DNA from: a virus
Taxonomy: Duplodnaviria; Caudoviricetes
Length of the DNA stretch: 64,000 nt
Virus record (IMG/VR): IMGVR_UViG_3300049792_000048
Coordinates: 1 to 64,000 of that record
Strand: one strand, 5' to 3'
Under the pieces are notes generated by a model. It was not told where the DNA came from. It ran no database searches and was given only the letters and a program-made list of their open reading frames with translations. This document shows positions 25,693-34,847 of the stretch, piece after piece. Positions within the stretch are counted from its first letter, which is position 1, and each line of letters begins with the position of its first letter. The position numbers and the translations under genes were made by a program.

Positions 25693-26370
25693 CTATTCGC
25701 CTTTCTTGATGATGAGATGAATGCCCCCAAGGCTGACTTGGTGTTCGTCTGCGAGTTCCTGCATCGTGACCCCACCCTCGTCGTATCGAGCCACGATAGA
25801 GGCCCGCACATCTTCGGTGAGTTTGTGTCGAGGAGGAGCCTTCGTGTAGGCAGAACGCGTCGGGCCTCCAACGTGTGACCAGGAGATCCCCTGCACGATT
25901 CGGGAGATCACTACTCGGGCAGAGTTGAACTTGGTTCCCAGCCTTCCCAGAGACCATCCAACTGCATGCAGCTCTCGCATTTCAACAACTTGTTGTTCAG
26001 TGAATCTGGAGCGCCCTGTCTCTCCTCGGGCTTGTCGTTGCTTCGCGACTTTGTCATCGACATTTTCTTGGTGTGTCCCATCGAAGAGGTGGTCGGGGCG
26101 GCAGCACGGAGGGTTATCGCATCGATGTAGAACTTGAGTCTCTCCTGGATCTTCATACTCTAGGTGCCAGGCTACTCGGTGGGCGGGCTGCCCTTGGTTT
26201 CGTCCCCCATCCTTTTCGGAGACGTAGCACTGACCGTACTGTGCTTCGCCGTCTTTGCTCTGGTAGAATCCTTTCATCCAGACCCAACACCGGGTCTTCA
26301 GCACGGGGTGCATCGGACCGTTCTTGTTGACCCTCTTCCAAAAGGCTTCACGGAATGTTTCGCGCATCAC
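25693..26370 (-). CDS. HNH homing endonuclease with two C-terminal HTH modules
   Basis: CWVW..YG..AHRVAW..VLHRCDNPPCCRPDHL..GT..EN..D. Confidence 0.9.
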   Translation of the reverse strand: MMRETFREAFWKRVNKNGPMHPVLKTRCWVWMKGFYQSKDGEAQYGQCYVSEKDGGRNQGQPAHRVAWHLEYEDPGETQVLHRCDNPPCCRPDHLFDGTHQENVDDKVAKQRQARGETGRSRFTEQQVVEMRELHAVGWSLGRLGTKFNSARVVISRIVQGISWSHVGGPTRSAYTKAPPRHKLTEDVRASIVARYDEGGVTMQELADEHQVSLGGIHLIIKKGE

Positions 26371-26406
26371 CTTACTGATAGTTGGTTTCCATCAAGGTAA
26401 CAAGCT

Positions 26407-27633
26407 GTGGCAGTATTTATTTCCGTGGTGACATCTCCCTTCGAGGACGTCTTCAACGACGCCGCGCGAGAGACCCGTACCTCCCAGAACGTGCGCCGGC
26501 CGCTGCGTGGCCTCGAAGTGAAGAAGGACACCTATGCGACGCTCAAGGTCATCGACGCCGTTGGACGTCCCATCCCGCTTGTCGACAGCAGTGCAGCCGT
26601 CGATGTGAACGGCATCGGTCAGAGCACCGAGTACTCGAACTTCATCCTTCAGTCTGTGCAGGAACAGCGCGTCGAGAAGTCGCAGATCGTGGAGACCTTC
26701 GGAGAGGACTACATCTTCTTCTTCGGAGAACGCCCCCGCATCTACACCTTCAACGCCATCATCCTGAACTCCCGGAACTTCAACTGGAAGTCGGAGTGGT
26801 GGAAGAACTACAACGACACGCTGCGTGGAACGAAGCTGCTCGAACGCAACGCCCGCATGTACATGTACTTCGATGACGTCGTCCTCGAAGGCTACATGCT
26901 TCAAGCGCAAGCCGTGCAGACGGTGGAGGACCCCTACAAGCTCCCGCTGACGTTCCAGGTGTTCTGCACCAACTACTCGACCATCGGTGACGTCGGCAGC
27001 ATCTTCTCGCCCATCTACGACGAGCAGATCGCCGACCGCACGCCTACGGCCTCGCCGACGACCGTTCCTCCGGATGACCCGGCAGCTACGGCCGATGTGC
27101 AGTCGTCCTTGGGCAACCAGGACAGCCTCACCGGCTTCCTCGCTGATGCTCAGCGGTTTGCGAACGACGCGACGTTCACGATCCAACGTGCGATCGAGCA
27201 GGCGAAGAACACGCTCTACGGACGCAGCCTCGCCTTCCCGAACAAGGGGATCGGCAACCAGCTCTACGTGCCACCCATCGAGAACCAAGCCAGCTTCCCG
27301 TCGGCTCCTGGGGCGACAGGCGAGCGTGTGCCGATCTGGCAGCAGCGCGACGAGTACACAGCGTTCATCACGGAGAACGCTCAGCCGCAGTACGACCAGG
27401 AGGAGCTCAACCGTGTACAGGAGCTGCTTCGTCTGAACAGCCCCGAGGAGCTCGACAACCAGGCCCGCGGCCAGCTCGCGAAGCTGGGCGTCAACGTCGG
27501 TCGGCCAAGCGCCAACTATCTGTTGCTGGGTCGTGCAGCCTTCGCCGGCATCCAGCTCTTCGGCAGCTTCGGCATCCGGCAGGCGGATGGAGCACTCAAT
27601 CTCGCCGCTGGCATTCCGGGCCTGAATCTCTAG
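26407..27633 (+). CDS. tail/baseplate structural protein (tube-initiator-like)
   Basis: NFILQSVQEQRVEKSQIVETFG..FFFGERPRIYTF; position between tape measure and hub-like gene. Confidence 0.55.
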   Translation: MAVFISVVTSPFEDVFNDAARETRTSQNVRRPLRGLEVKKDTYATLKVIDAVGRPIPLVDSSAAVDVNGIGQSTEYSNFILQSVQEQRVEKSQIVETFGEDYIFFFGERPRIYTFNAIILNSRNFNWKSEWWKNYNDTLRGTKLLERNARMYMYFDDVVLEGYMLQAQAVQTVEDPYKLPLTFQVFCTNYSTIGDVGSIFSPIYDEQIADRTPTASPTTVPPDDPAATADVQSSLGNQDSLTGFLADAQRFANDATFTIQRAIEQAKNTLYGRSLAFPNKGIGNQLYVPPIENQASFPSAPGATGERVPIWQQRDEYTAFITENAQPQYDQEELNRVQELLRLNSPEELDNQARGQLAKLGVNVGRPSANYLLLGRAAFAGIQLFGSFGIRQADGALNLAAGIPGLNL

Positions 27634-27662
27634 GCAAAAGAAGAGCGAACACGAGTTCGCTC
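27633..27662 (-). terminator. intrinsic terminator
   Basis: GAGCGAAC/GTTCGCTC stem then TTCTTTTGCC on - strand. Confidence 0.75.
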
Positions 27663-27686
27663 CTCCGAACTTCTTCTTCTTCGAGC

Positions 27687-28136
27687 TCAGCAGCCGTGAC
27701 GCACCGGGAGCTCGTTGAGGACCTTCATCTGCTGCTCCGTGTCCTCGAAGAGGCGGAGCGCACTCTTCGTGGCGAGCACGGAACCGCGACGAGCCACACC
27801 CTGGAGAGCGTTCTCCGGATCGTGGTGGATCCACGACGCGCCGAGGACCTCGACGTGCCGGAAGACGCCCAGCAGCGTGGCCTCGATCATGTCGCCGTTC
27901 TCCGGGAGATCCCAGACTTCGATGACCGGGCGGTACTTGTTGAAGCCGCTGGAGAAGGCGTTGTCCCCGATCACCTTGCTCGACACCGCGATGACGCGAT
28001 AGCCCGGAGCGAGCAGCCTCGCCTTCGTTTCGTAGAAGGTCTTCGGAGTGACGTCGAGCTTCGGAAGTGTGCGCTCCAGCTCGGCCATCGCATCGCCCTG
28101 GGTCATGTTCGTGTTCGTGGCATCGTGAGGGTCCAT
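27687..28136 (-). CDS. hypothetical protein (self-contained inserted unit)
   Basis: Own CCTATCAG element, AAGGAG SD and terminator. Confidence 0.65.
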   Translation of the reverse strand: MDPHDATNTNMTQGDAMAELERTLPKLDVTPKTFYETKARLLAPGYRVIAVSSKVIGDNAFSSGFNKYRPVIEVWDLPENGDMIEATLLGVFRHVEVLGASWIHHDPENALQGVARRGSVLATKSALRLFEDTEQQMKVLNELPVRHGC

Positions 28137-28219
28137 GTTCTCGCTCCTTGCAGGGCACTGCGCCCTTCATCCTGCTGATAGGTGCTTCATGTACACGATT
28201 CGCGTAGGATGAAGCCCCG

Positions 28220-31200
28220 ATGACGATCGCCCAGAAGCTCCACATCCGCCTTTTCATGGAAGGGGTGGAGGTCCCTGTGATCTCGGCGGTGGTGCAGTCG
28301 CAGCCCAATCAGCCGGCGGCATGCTCGATTCAGATCCCGGCGAACGATTTCGCTCTCCAGCTTCGACCGCGCACCCTCATCCATCTCTTCTTCTACGACC
28401 TCTACCGCGGAGCTCCGGCATCGGATCGCGCATGGGTCGCGGGTGAGAGCATCGCCATCCAGAATCAGGACCGCGACCCCGACCTCGATGGCATCATCCC
28501 GCCTGATCGTCTCGAACAGACCGATGCTCAAGAGGACACCGACCTGGAGAACGAGAACTACCGTCTCCTCTTCGGTGGCGAGCTCGTAGGCTTCACCGTC
28601 GACAAGACCGGAAGCTCACGCAGCATCGTGCTCCAGTGCATGGATTGGTCGATGTACTGGGACTACGCCTTCCAGTACCAGGTGCAGGGGTTCTCTCTCG
28701 ATGGCGGCGGCATGAGTGCTGCGTTCACGGGAGCTGCCACGACCGTCTTCAACTCCTTCTTGGAAGGCAACGGCGACATCATCGTCGGCCTGATGAACAC
28801 TGCTCCTCGCAACTATCCCAATCTGCGAGGGACGCTGCTCGGGGCGATCACCCACATCATTGAGGCCATCGGGGGCGTGAACTTCGGCACCCGAGCCATC
28901 CGTGGCGTGAACGACTTCTTCAGCATCGCGGAGCTCCGACTGAAGATCACGCAGATGCTGGGGGCGAACCCGTTCGAGCAGCAGAACGAGATCCGCCTGA
29001 TGTCGGCGAACGGCTTCGGGAGCTTGTTCCGCCGAGCTCTCTCGGGCCTGGGTCGGCAGGTCTCCATCCGCGCCGTGCTGAGCGCTCTCCAGCGCTACAT
29101 CTTCCACGAGGTCATCCCGATCACCTCGCCGCACTACATCCCGCCGCTGGTCGACCCGAACCGACCCCAGTTCGAGGTGGTGTCCATCACGACGAATGAC
29201 TCGTACACGCCGGTCGTGAATGCTGCTCGTCGTCTGAAGCAGCGAGCTCTTGACCTGAAGGACCGTCAGTCACGCTCGACCACGCCTGATGAAGCGCGCC
29301 GCCTATCTGCTGAGAATGGTGGACTTCAAGTTGAGCTTCCTCGTCTTGCTGCCCTCTGCGGAACGGCCGCGGGTGTAGCTCGACGCCTGGCTGTGAGTCA
29401 GCGTTCGCGGTTCGTTGGCGACCTGGAGATCCATCAGATCTTGGTCGTGGATGCTGTTCGTTTTCAGCGCATTCAGGAGCTGACTCGTCGAGCTTCCTCG
29501 CACAACACCTTCGGAGCTCCGGATTCCACGGAAGGACAGCAGGTCACTGCTTACTGCGAGCAGATCGCAGCCGATATGGAGGTGATCGTCAACGCGCAGC
29601 TCCAGCGTCGTGTGGCGTCCGGCAATCGGCAGCCCGATCCGCCGGCACGTCTCCTCACGCAGATCTATCGCCCAGACGTCTGGATGGTCGCTCCCCCACG
29701 ATGCAACGTCATCTTCCCCGAGCTCTACAGCAGCTTCAGCTACGGCCGCACGTACATGGACGAGGTCTCGCGCCTCATGCTTCGGACGTCGTCGGCGTTC
29801 TTCGGCTCCGATGTCTTGTTCGATGGCTACTACATGGCGCCGTCGAGGATTCTGGGCTCTCGTACGGGAGCCAGCATCGGTCGAGGACGCACTGGCATCG
29901 AGCCTCCGGATCTGGCTGACGCTCCGGCGTGGTTCATCCGAGACCTCATGGACCACGAGCTCTACACGGGCATCATCCCGAAGTTCGAGCGGATGAGCGA
30001 CTTGAACCTGCATGCCCTGCGTGGCGGCAGCGTGATGATCGACGGTGTGCGTGTCGGCTATGCACAGCTTGCCGCCAACCACATCTTCTTCCAGTACCGC
30101 TTCCGGTCCCGCCAACTTCAAGTACAGGGGAAGTTCAACCCCTACGTCGTTCTCGGGTTTCCAGCACTCGTCGTCGACAAGTATCGGGCTGACGAGATCA
30201 ACTCTGCGGACACCGAGGTCAACCAAGAGATCGCACGGCGCATCGCGGATGCGGCGGCCCAGGGTGATGGTTCTGGCACCACCTCTGATCTTCCTGCGGA
30301 GGAGCGGGACCGTCAGCGCGAAATGGCTGATGAACGAACTGCGGAACTCATTCAGGCACTCACGGCACAGCAGCCGAACAGCCACTATCTCGGGACCCCC
30401 GCATCCATCACGCACAGCATCTCGGCCGAGACCGGCGGCCAGACGATGATTCAGATGATGTACGGCCGAGTCACTGACGAGAGGACCGAGTTCCTCGGTG
30501 ACGATCAAGCAGCTCCACGTCGCTATCGCCGTACACGCAACACGTCGGTGCGAAGCGTCGTGGCGATGCTGGAGACGCCGGCGACAGGAACTACTGGACC
30601 TCGGGGCGGTGAAATCACGGCAGTCACGGATGTGACGGATCAGTATGCGCGGTCGGAGCGTGTACGGCCGGTCCGCGGTCGTCGTGCAACTTCGGCCACA
30701 GGCTCGCAGCGATACACATCGAGCTCGACGTTGCCACTCTTCGTTCCTGGCGGTGGAGCAGGCCGCATCCGAGGAACTCGTGTCGTGGTGGGCACTGCGG
30801 TGCCGGCATCCTCGGTCCCCGAGGTCGCAGCTCTCGTTGGCAGCGTGGGCGATACTCAGTCCGCTTTCATCGCGACTTCAGGAACCGGTAACGCCGGCGA
30901 CGATGCAACGCTGCGAGAGGTTTCGGTGACCTTCCGGGCGTACCAGATCACCGAGACGCTGGGCGTCTACCAGCGCACGACGGTCGATCTGCCTGCGGAG
31001 GACCTCACGTTCCCGCCGTGGTACGGCGAGCACTATCGCAGTCAGAACATCGGTGCTCTCTACTCGTACTTCTTCGGGACCGGCAGCATCGTCGACCCCA
31101 CAGTCATCATCGATCCCACGGGAAGGTCAACGCGGTCTGCGGACGGTGGGGACCCTTCTGGTGCGAGCTCGGTAACCCCCGACTCTCCAGTGAGCATGGG

Positions 31201-31768
31201 AGCCAGCACGCCGGTCACGCTGCCGGAGCAGCCTCCAGAGACTCTCGACAGCAACCCGTCGGAAATCACGGGGCCGGCGGGCACTCCTTCCGAGATCGGA
31301 ACACCGGCTACGCTCTCGGAGGTATCTGCGCGTGGGACGATCGAGGAGGCAGTCGCGACTCTGGTCAATGGCTACTCGCAGATCCGCCGCAACCGTTTCG
31401 ACGTCGACGACTTCTTGAAGTCGTACACCTGGCGCCCGATCGCTTCGATGGTCGACATGTTTGGCACAGCGAATCTGGAGATCGACGACGATGGCTCCGT
31501 CACACGCGGCATCGAGGGCTTCCATTCCCGGGCCTTCGGGGACTTCGATGATCTTCGGCAGCTCACCACAAACGTCGAGGGCGATCGAGTGAACACCATC
31601 TTGGGTCTCACGACCACGGATGCTGACGAGACAGACGACCCTGCGGCATCTCAGCGCTCGTCCCGGGATACGGCTCGGGCTGCCCGTCTCGACACCAGGA
31701 AGGAGAAACGCCTGGCGGTGTTCCTTTATGTGCAGGCAGCCTTGGCTACGCGGGGCATCCTCGGATAG
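28220..31768 (+). CDS. large baseplate hub/central tail protein
   Basis: RLFMEGVEVPVIS..ACSIQIP..LFGGE..IVLQC and GKFNPYVVLGFPALV..ITHSIS hub-like motifs; 1182 aa; TAG stop. Confidence 0.6.
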   Translation: MTIAQKLHIRLFMEGVEVPVISAVVQSQPNQPAACSIQIPANDFALQLRPRTLIHLFFYDLYRGAPASDRAWVAGESIAIQNQDRDPDLDGIIPPDRLEQTDAQEDTDLENENYRLLFGGELVGFTVDKTGSSRSIVLQCMDWSMYWDYAFQYQVQGFSLDGGGMSAAFTGAATTVFNSFLEGNGDIIVGLMNTAPRNYPNLRGTLLGAITHIIEAIGGVNFGTRAIRGVNDFFSIAELRLKITQMLGANPFEQQNEIRLMSANGFGSLFRRALSGLGRQVSIRAVLSALQRYIFHEVIPITSPHYIPPLVDPNRPQFEVVSITTNDSYTPVVNAARRLKQRALDLKDRQSRSTTPDEARRLSAENGGLQVELPRLAALCGTAAGVARRLAVSQRSRFVGDLEIHQILVVDAVRFQRIQELTRRASSHNTFGAPDSTEGQQVTAYCEQIAADMEVIVNAQLQRRVASGNRQPDPPARLLTQIYRPDVWMVAPPRCNVIFPELYSSFSYGRTYMDEVSRLMLRTSSAFFGSDVLFDGYYMAPSRILGSRTGASIGRGRTGIEPPDLADAPAWFIRDLMDHELYTGIIPKFERMSDLNLHALRGGSVMIDGVRVGYAQLAANHIFFQYRFRSRQLQVQGKFNPYVVLGFPALVVDKYRADEINSADTEVNQEIARRIADAAAQGDGSGTTSDLPAEERDRQREMADERTAELIQALTAQQPNSHYLGTPASITHSISAETGGQTMIQMMYGRVTDERTEFLGDDQAAPRRYRRTRNTSVRSVVAMLETPATGTTGPRGGEITAVTDVTDQYARSERVRPVRGRRATSATGSQRYTSSSTLPLFVPGGGAGRIRGTRVVVGTAVPASSVPEVAALVGSVGDTQSAFIATSGTGNAGDDATLREVSVTFRAYQITETLGVYQRTTVDLPAEDLTFPPWYGEHYRSQNIGALYSYFFGTGSIVDPTVIIDPTGRSTRSADGGDPSGASSVTPDSPVSMGASTPVTLPEQPPETLDSNPSEITGPAGTPSEIGTPATLSEVSARGTIEEAVATLVNGYSQIRRNRFDVDDFLKSYTWRPIASMVDMFGTANLEIDDDGSVTRGIEGFHSRAFGDFDDLRQLTTNVEGDRVNTILGLTTTDADETDDPAASQRSSRDTARAARLDTRKEKRLAVFLYVQAALATRGILG

Positions 31769-31777
31769 GCTTGCAGG

Positions 31778-32461
31778 GTGGAACAGCACGGGCTCGACAT
31801 CGATGACAAGCGGCTGAAGTCTCGCAAGGGCTCCATCCCCGCGAATGTTCAGACGCTGATGAAGGAAGCCGAGATGGCCGCCTTCGTCGACGAAGTCCGG
31901 AAGCTGTCAGTCGACGAACATGAAGTTGAGCAAGCCGCAGCGAAGCTTCAGAAGCCGAAGCCGTGGAAGGTCATCGGGCAGACCGCGGGTCTCGCTTCAG
32001 TCGCAGCTCCAGTGATCGACACTGCCGGCAAGTTCACCAAAGGTGTCGTGAACACCAAGGGTGGCATCGCTCCTCGAATCGCAGGAGGGATCAAGGAGGT
32101 CGGCCAGCACACCGTTGGAGATCTCGCAGCGAAGGCAGTGACCTCCGGTCTTGGAGGTGGCGTTCTCGCCGCGGCGAAGGAGGGCATCGAGCTACATCAT
32201 GCTCGCAAGGCCATCCACAGCTACTTGGCTGAGAACAAGCTGAGCAGCCTCTTCGGAGGACCCCCTTCGGGCCCCGGTACCCCGAAGGTCACGGTCCCTT
32301 CAGCGCCCACGCTCGGCGTGCTACGTGGCAGCTCGAACAAGTCGCAGCGTGTCGGCAACACCCCGATCGCCGCGAAGTCTGGTGTGACACGATCGTCGAG
32401 CGGTGATCCCATGAATCCACGCCGCAATCTCAGCGACGCAATGCAGGCGTATAAGGCCTGA
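31778..32461 (+). CDS. hypothetical protein, possible internal virion protein
   Basis: AFVDEVRKLS motif, Gly-rich hydrophobic segments. Confidence 0.55.
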   Translation: MEQHGLDIDDKRLKSRKGSIPANVQTLMKEAEMAAFVDEVRKLSVDEHEVEQAAAKLQKPKPWKVIGQTAGLASVAAPVIDTAGKFTKGVVNTKGGIAPRIAGGIKEVGQHTVGDLAAKAVTSGLGGGVLAAAKEGIELHHARKAIHSYLAENKLSSLFGGPPSGPGTPKVTVPSAPTLGVLRGSSNKSQRVGNTPIAAKSGVTRSSSGDPMNPRRNLSDAMQAYKA

Positions 32462-32488
32462 ATCCCCTATCAGATCGATGAGGACAAC

Positions 32489-32821
32489 ATGATCAGGAAG
32501 CTCGCTCTCGAACTCGCAGGGGACCTCACCGCTCGTGGTGGTGACAGCCCGCTCATCTCCGGTCCGAACGACCTCCGTCCCGCGGACCCGACCTCCTTCC
32601 CGCTCAGCTTGAAGGCCGACACGCAGGGTCCGCTGACCGACCTCACCGTCGAGCGCCATCGCGAGACGATGCAGGGCGAGCTCGCCCGTACATTCGACAA
32701 CTATATCCCGAGCGTCAACGACTTCCGCTCCTCCATCGGAGGTCTCATGCACGCGAAGATCGACGAGATCTCTGGCTCGACTGCGGCGTCGCAGGCGCTG
32801 ACGCGTCACCGCTCGGCATGA
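32489..32821 (+). CDS. hypothetical protein
   Basis: CCTATCAG 32466-73 and GAGG SD. Confidence 0.6.
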   Translation: MIRKLALELAGDLTARGGDSPLISGPNDLRPADPTSFPLSLKADTQGPLTDLTVERHRETMQGELARTFDNYIPSVNDFRSSIGGLMHAKIDEISGSTAASQALTRHRSA

Positions 32822-33606
32822 CGACGAAGCGAAGCCCGTTCGACAAGTTCAACCGGGACGCGCGACCAATCACTGGAGGAGGGAGTAACGACCCTCACCG
32901 CGCGCTCTGGAAGACTTGGCACGACAGCGGGAAGAAGCCGGAACACCTCGAACCTCTTCTCGATGCTCTCGAACCGACCATCCAGTCGTTCGCAAAGCGC
33001 AAGCTGAATGGCCTCGGAGGCTCGATCCCCTATTCAGCGTTGGAGCAGCAGCTCCGTATCGCTGCGAAGAAGGGGTTGGAGTCCTACGATCCAACGAGGG
33101 GGACGAAGGTCCGTACGCACATCATCACGAACTTCCAACGCATCACCGACTTCGTCGGAGGCAACCGGAACTTCGCGTATGTGCCGAAGCCTCGTGTGGA
33201 GAAGTTCCAGCGCTTCATGAACGCCAGGCACGAGTTCATGGAGCAGCATGGACACGAGCCCATGTTCAACGACATGAAGAAGCTGCTTCCCGATATTCCG
33301 GCCAACGACCTTCGGCCGATGATGTCGGAGTTTCGTACCGAGCACTTCATCGGAGGCAACCCGAACCCAGACGCCGAAGATGGAAGTCTCGGGCATGCTC
33401 CCAGCCAAGTGCGGAGCATCATTTCGCTCATGCCGGCGTTGCTGACGAGTGAGGAGCAGAAGGTCTTCGATCAGCTCTTCCCGACGGTGGGGGATCCCCC
33501 GAGCATCGCGCAGATCGCGAAGAAGACGGGGATGAACCAGAACCAGGTCTACAGGCTCCGTGGAGCCATCTACAAGAAGGTGAAGCCACATCTCGGTGGC
33601 GTCTGA
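32818..33606 (+). CDS. phage sigma-70-family RNA polymerase sigma factor (FliA/SigB-like architecture)
   Basis: Region 2 GLESYDPTRGTKVRTH, region 3 FMEQHGHEP, region 4 LTSEEQKV..SIAQIAKKTGMNQNQVYRL. Confidence 0.82.
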   Translation: MTTKRSPFDKFNRDARPITGGGSNDPHRALWKTWHDSGKKPEHLEPLLDALEPTIQSFAKRKLNGLGGSIPYSALEQQLRIAAKKGLESYDPTRGTKVRTHIITNFQRITDFVGGNRNFAYVPKPRVEKFQRFMNARHEFMEQHGHEPMFNDMKKLLPDIPANDLRPMMSEFRTEHFIGGNPNPDAEDGSLGHAPSQVRSIISLMPALLTSEEQKVFDQLFPTVGDPPSIAQIAKKTGMNQNQVYRLRGAIYKKVKPHLGGV

Positions 33607-33609
33607 GGG

Positions 33610-33639
33610 AGGCGGCTACGGCCGCCTTTTTCCTTTGCC
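33610..33639 (+). terminator. intrinsic terminator
   Basis: AGGCGGC-TACG-GCCGCCT then TTTTCCTTTGCC. Confidence 0.8.
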
Positions 33640-33661
33640 CGTCTCAGCGTAGACTTCAGCG

Positions 33662-33883
33662 GTGTCCGACGACCGCACTGCCGACCGCAACGCGAAACTG
33701 GATCGCCTCCAGTCCGCGTTCAACGAGTACTACGACCACGAGCACTCACGGCTCACGGACGAGTCCACATACCTGAAGTCGGTCCTTCGCGGTCGTACCG
33801 GCTCCGAGCGGCTGTCCCGTCAGAACACGGCGGAGGCAGAGGTGCTCGTGACCAATGACATCGAGAGCTTCCTCGCGGGGTGA
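33662..33883 (+). CDS. small hypothetical protein
   Basis: TAGACT 6 nt before GTG. Confidence 0.55.
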   Translation: MSDDRTADRNAKLDRLQSAFNEYYDHEHSRLTDESTYLKSVLRGRTGSERLSRQNTAEAEVLVTNDIESFLAG

Positions 33884-33884
33884 C

Positions 33885-34847
33885 ATGCCAATCACGAATA
33901 TGCTGTTGACGCTCTCTCAGGTGGTGGTCGACCCGGCCACCGCTGTCACGACGTACGACTCGATCCGGTGGTCTCGCTCGATCACTGGTGCAAACGGCGT
34001 GTACGAGGAGATCTCGGCGTACACCGCTCAGCCGGCAGTCCTGACCGGAATGTTCCGTGAGCCTCACGCCCTCAATGGCAAGACCATGCTGTTCAAAGTG
34101 AACGGGGCCACGGTCGTCTCTGTCACGTTCTCAGGTTCCGACCCCTACAGCACCGCATCCGTGATCACGGACATCAACGGGGCCACGGGACTGGTGGTCG
34201 CTTCCGCCGACAGTCTTTCACAGCTAGTGCTGACGACGGTGCTGACAGGAACGGCGGCGTCGATCGAGATCTTGGAGTCTGAGGGAGCCCTCGCTCTCGG
34301 CTTCCAGACCGGAGACTTCGCGATCGGCAAGGGCGTGGACAACACCCTTGGCAGCACGCAACACGAGTACTTCTTCACCGACAGCAATGCCTCGAAGGAG
34401 TACTGGTACAAGACGCAGCTCCGGCATCACACGACGATGGCAGTGGCCCCGCAGAGCGTTCCGATCCCGGGCTCTGAGGTTCCCGTCATCGCGTACGACC
34501 TCCTGATCTCCGCATACGTGAAAGTCATCGACATGCGTGGGCGTCCCATCGAGGGCCGCAACATCGTCATCGCGAACGTCTTTCTCCCCAACACCGTGGG
34601 GGCGTACAACATCTTCCGGCACTACGAGGATGTCGCAACTGACGAGACTGGCTATGCCGTGATCCGTCTGCTGCGTGGCGCCACCATCGACGTGCACGTC
34701 GAGGGAACGAACTTTACTCGCCGTGTGAAGCTCCCTCTAGCTGGGGACCCTGTCGACCTCATCAACCTGTTCGACCCGGTGCTCAGCGACGAGGACGAGT
34801 TCGGTATCCAGCAGCCCGACATCAACTTCGCTATCCGTTTGAGCTGA
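33885..34847 (+). CDS. virion structural protein
   Basis: Thr/Ser/Val-rich; DINGAT..ASA..LVLTT..GTAASIEI segment typical of tail sheath/baseplate accessory domains. Confidence 0.55.
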   Translation: MPITNMLLTLSQVVVDPATAVTTYDSIRWSRSITGANGVYEEISAYTAQPAVLTGMFREPHALNGKTMLFKVNGATVVSVTFSGSDPYSTASVITDINGATGLVVASADSLSQLVLTTVLTGTAASIEILESEGALALGFQTGDFAIGKGVDNTLGSTQHEYFFTDSNASKEYWYKTQLRHHTTMAVAPQSVPIPGSEVPVIAYDLLISAYVKVIDMRGRPIEGRNIVIANVFLPNTVGAYNIFRHYEDVATDETGYAVIRLLRGATIDVHVEGTNFTRRVKLPLAGDPVDLINLFDPVLSDEDEFGIQQPDINFAIRLS

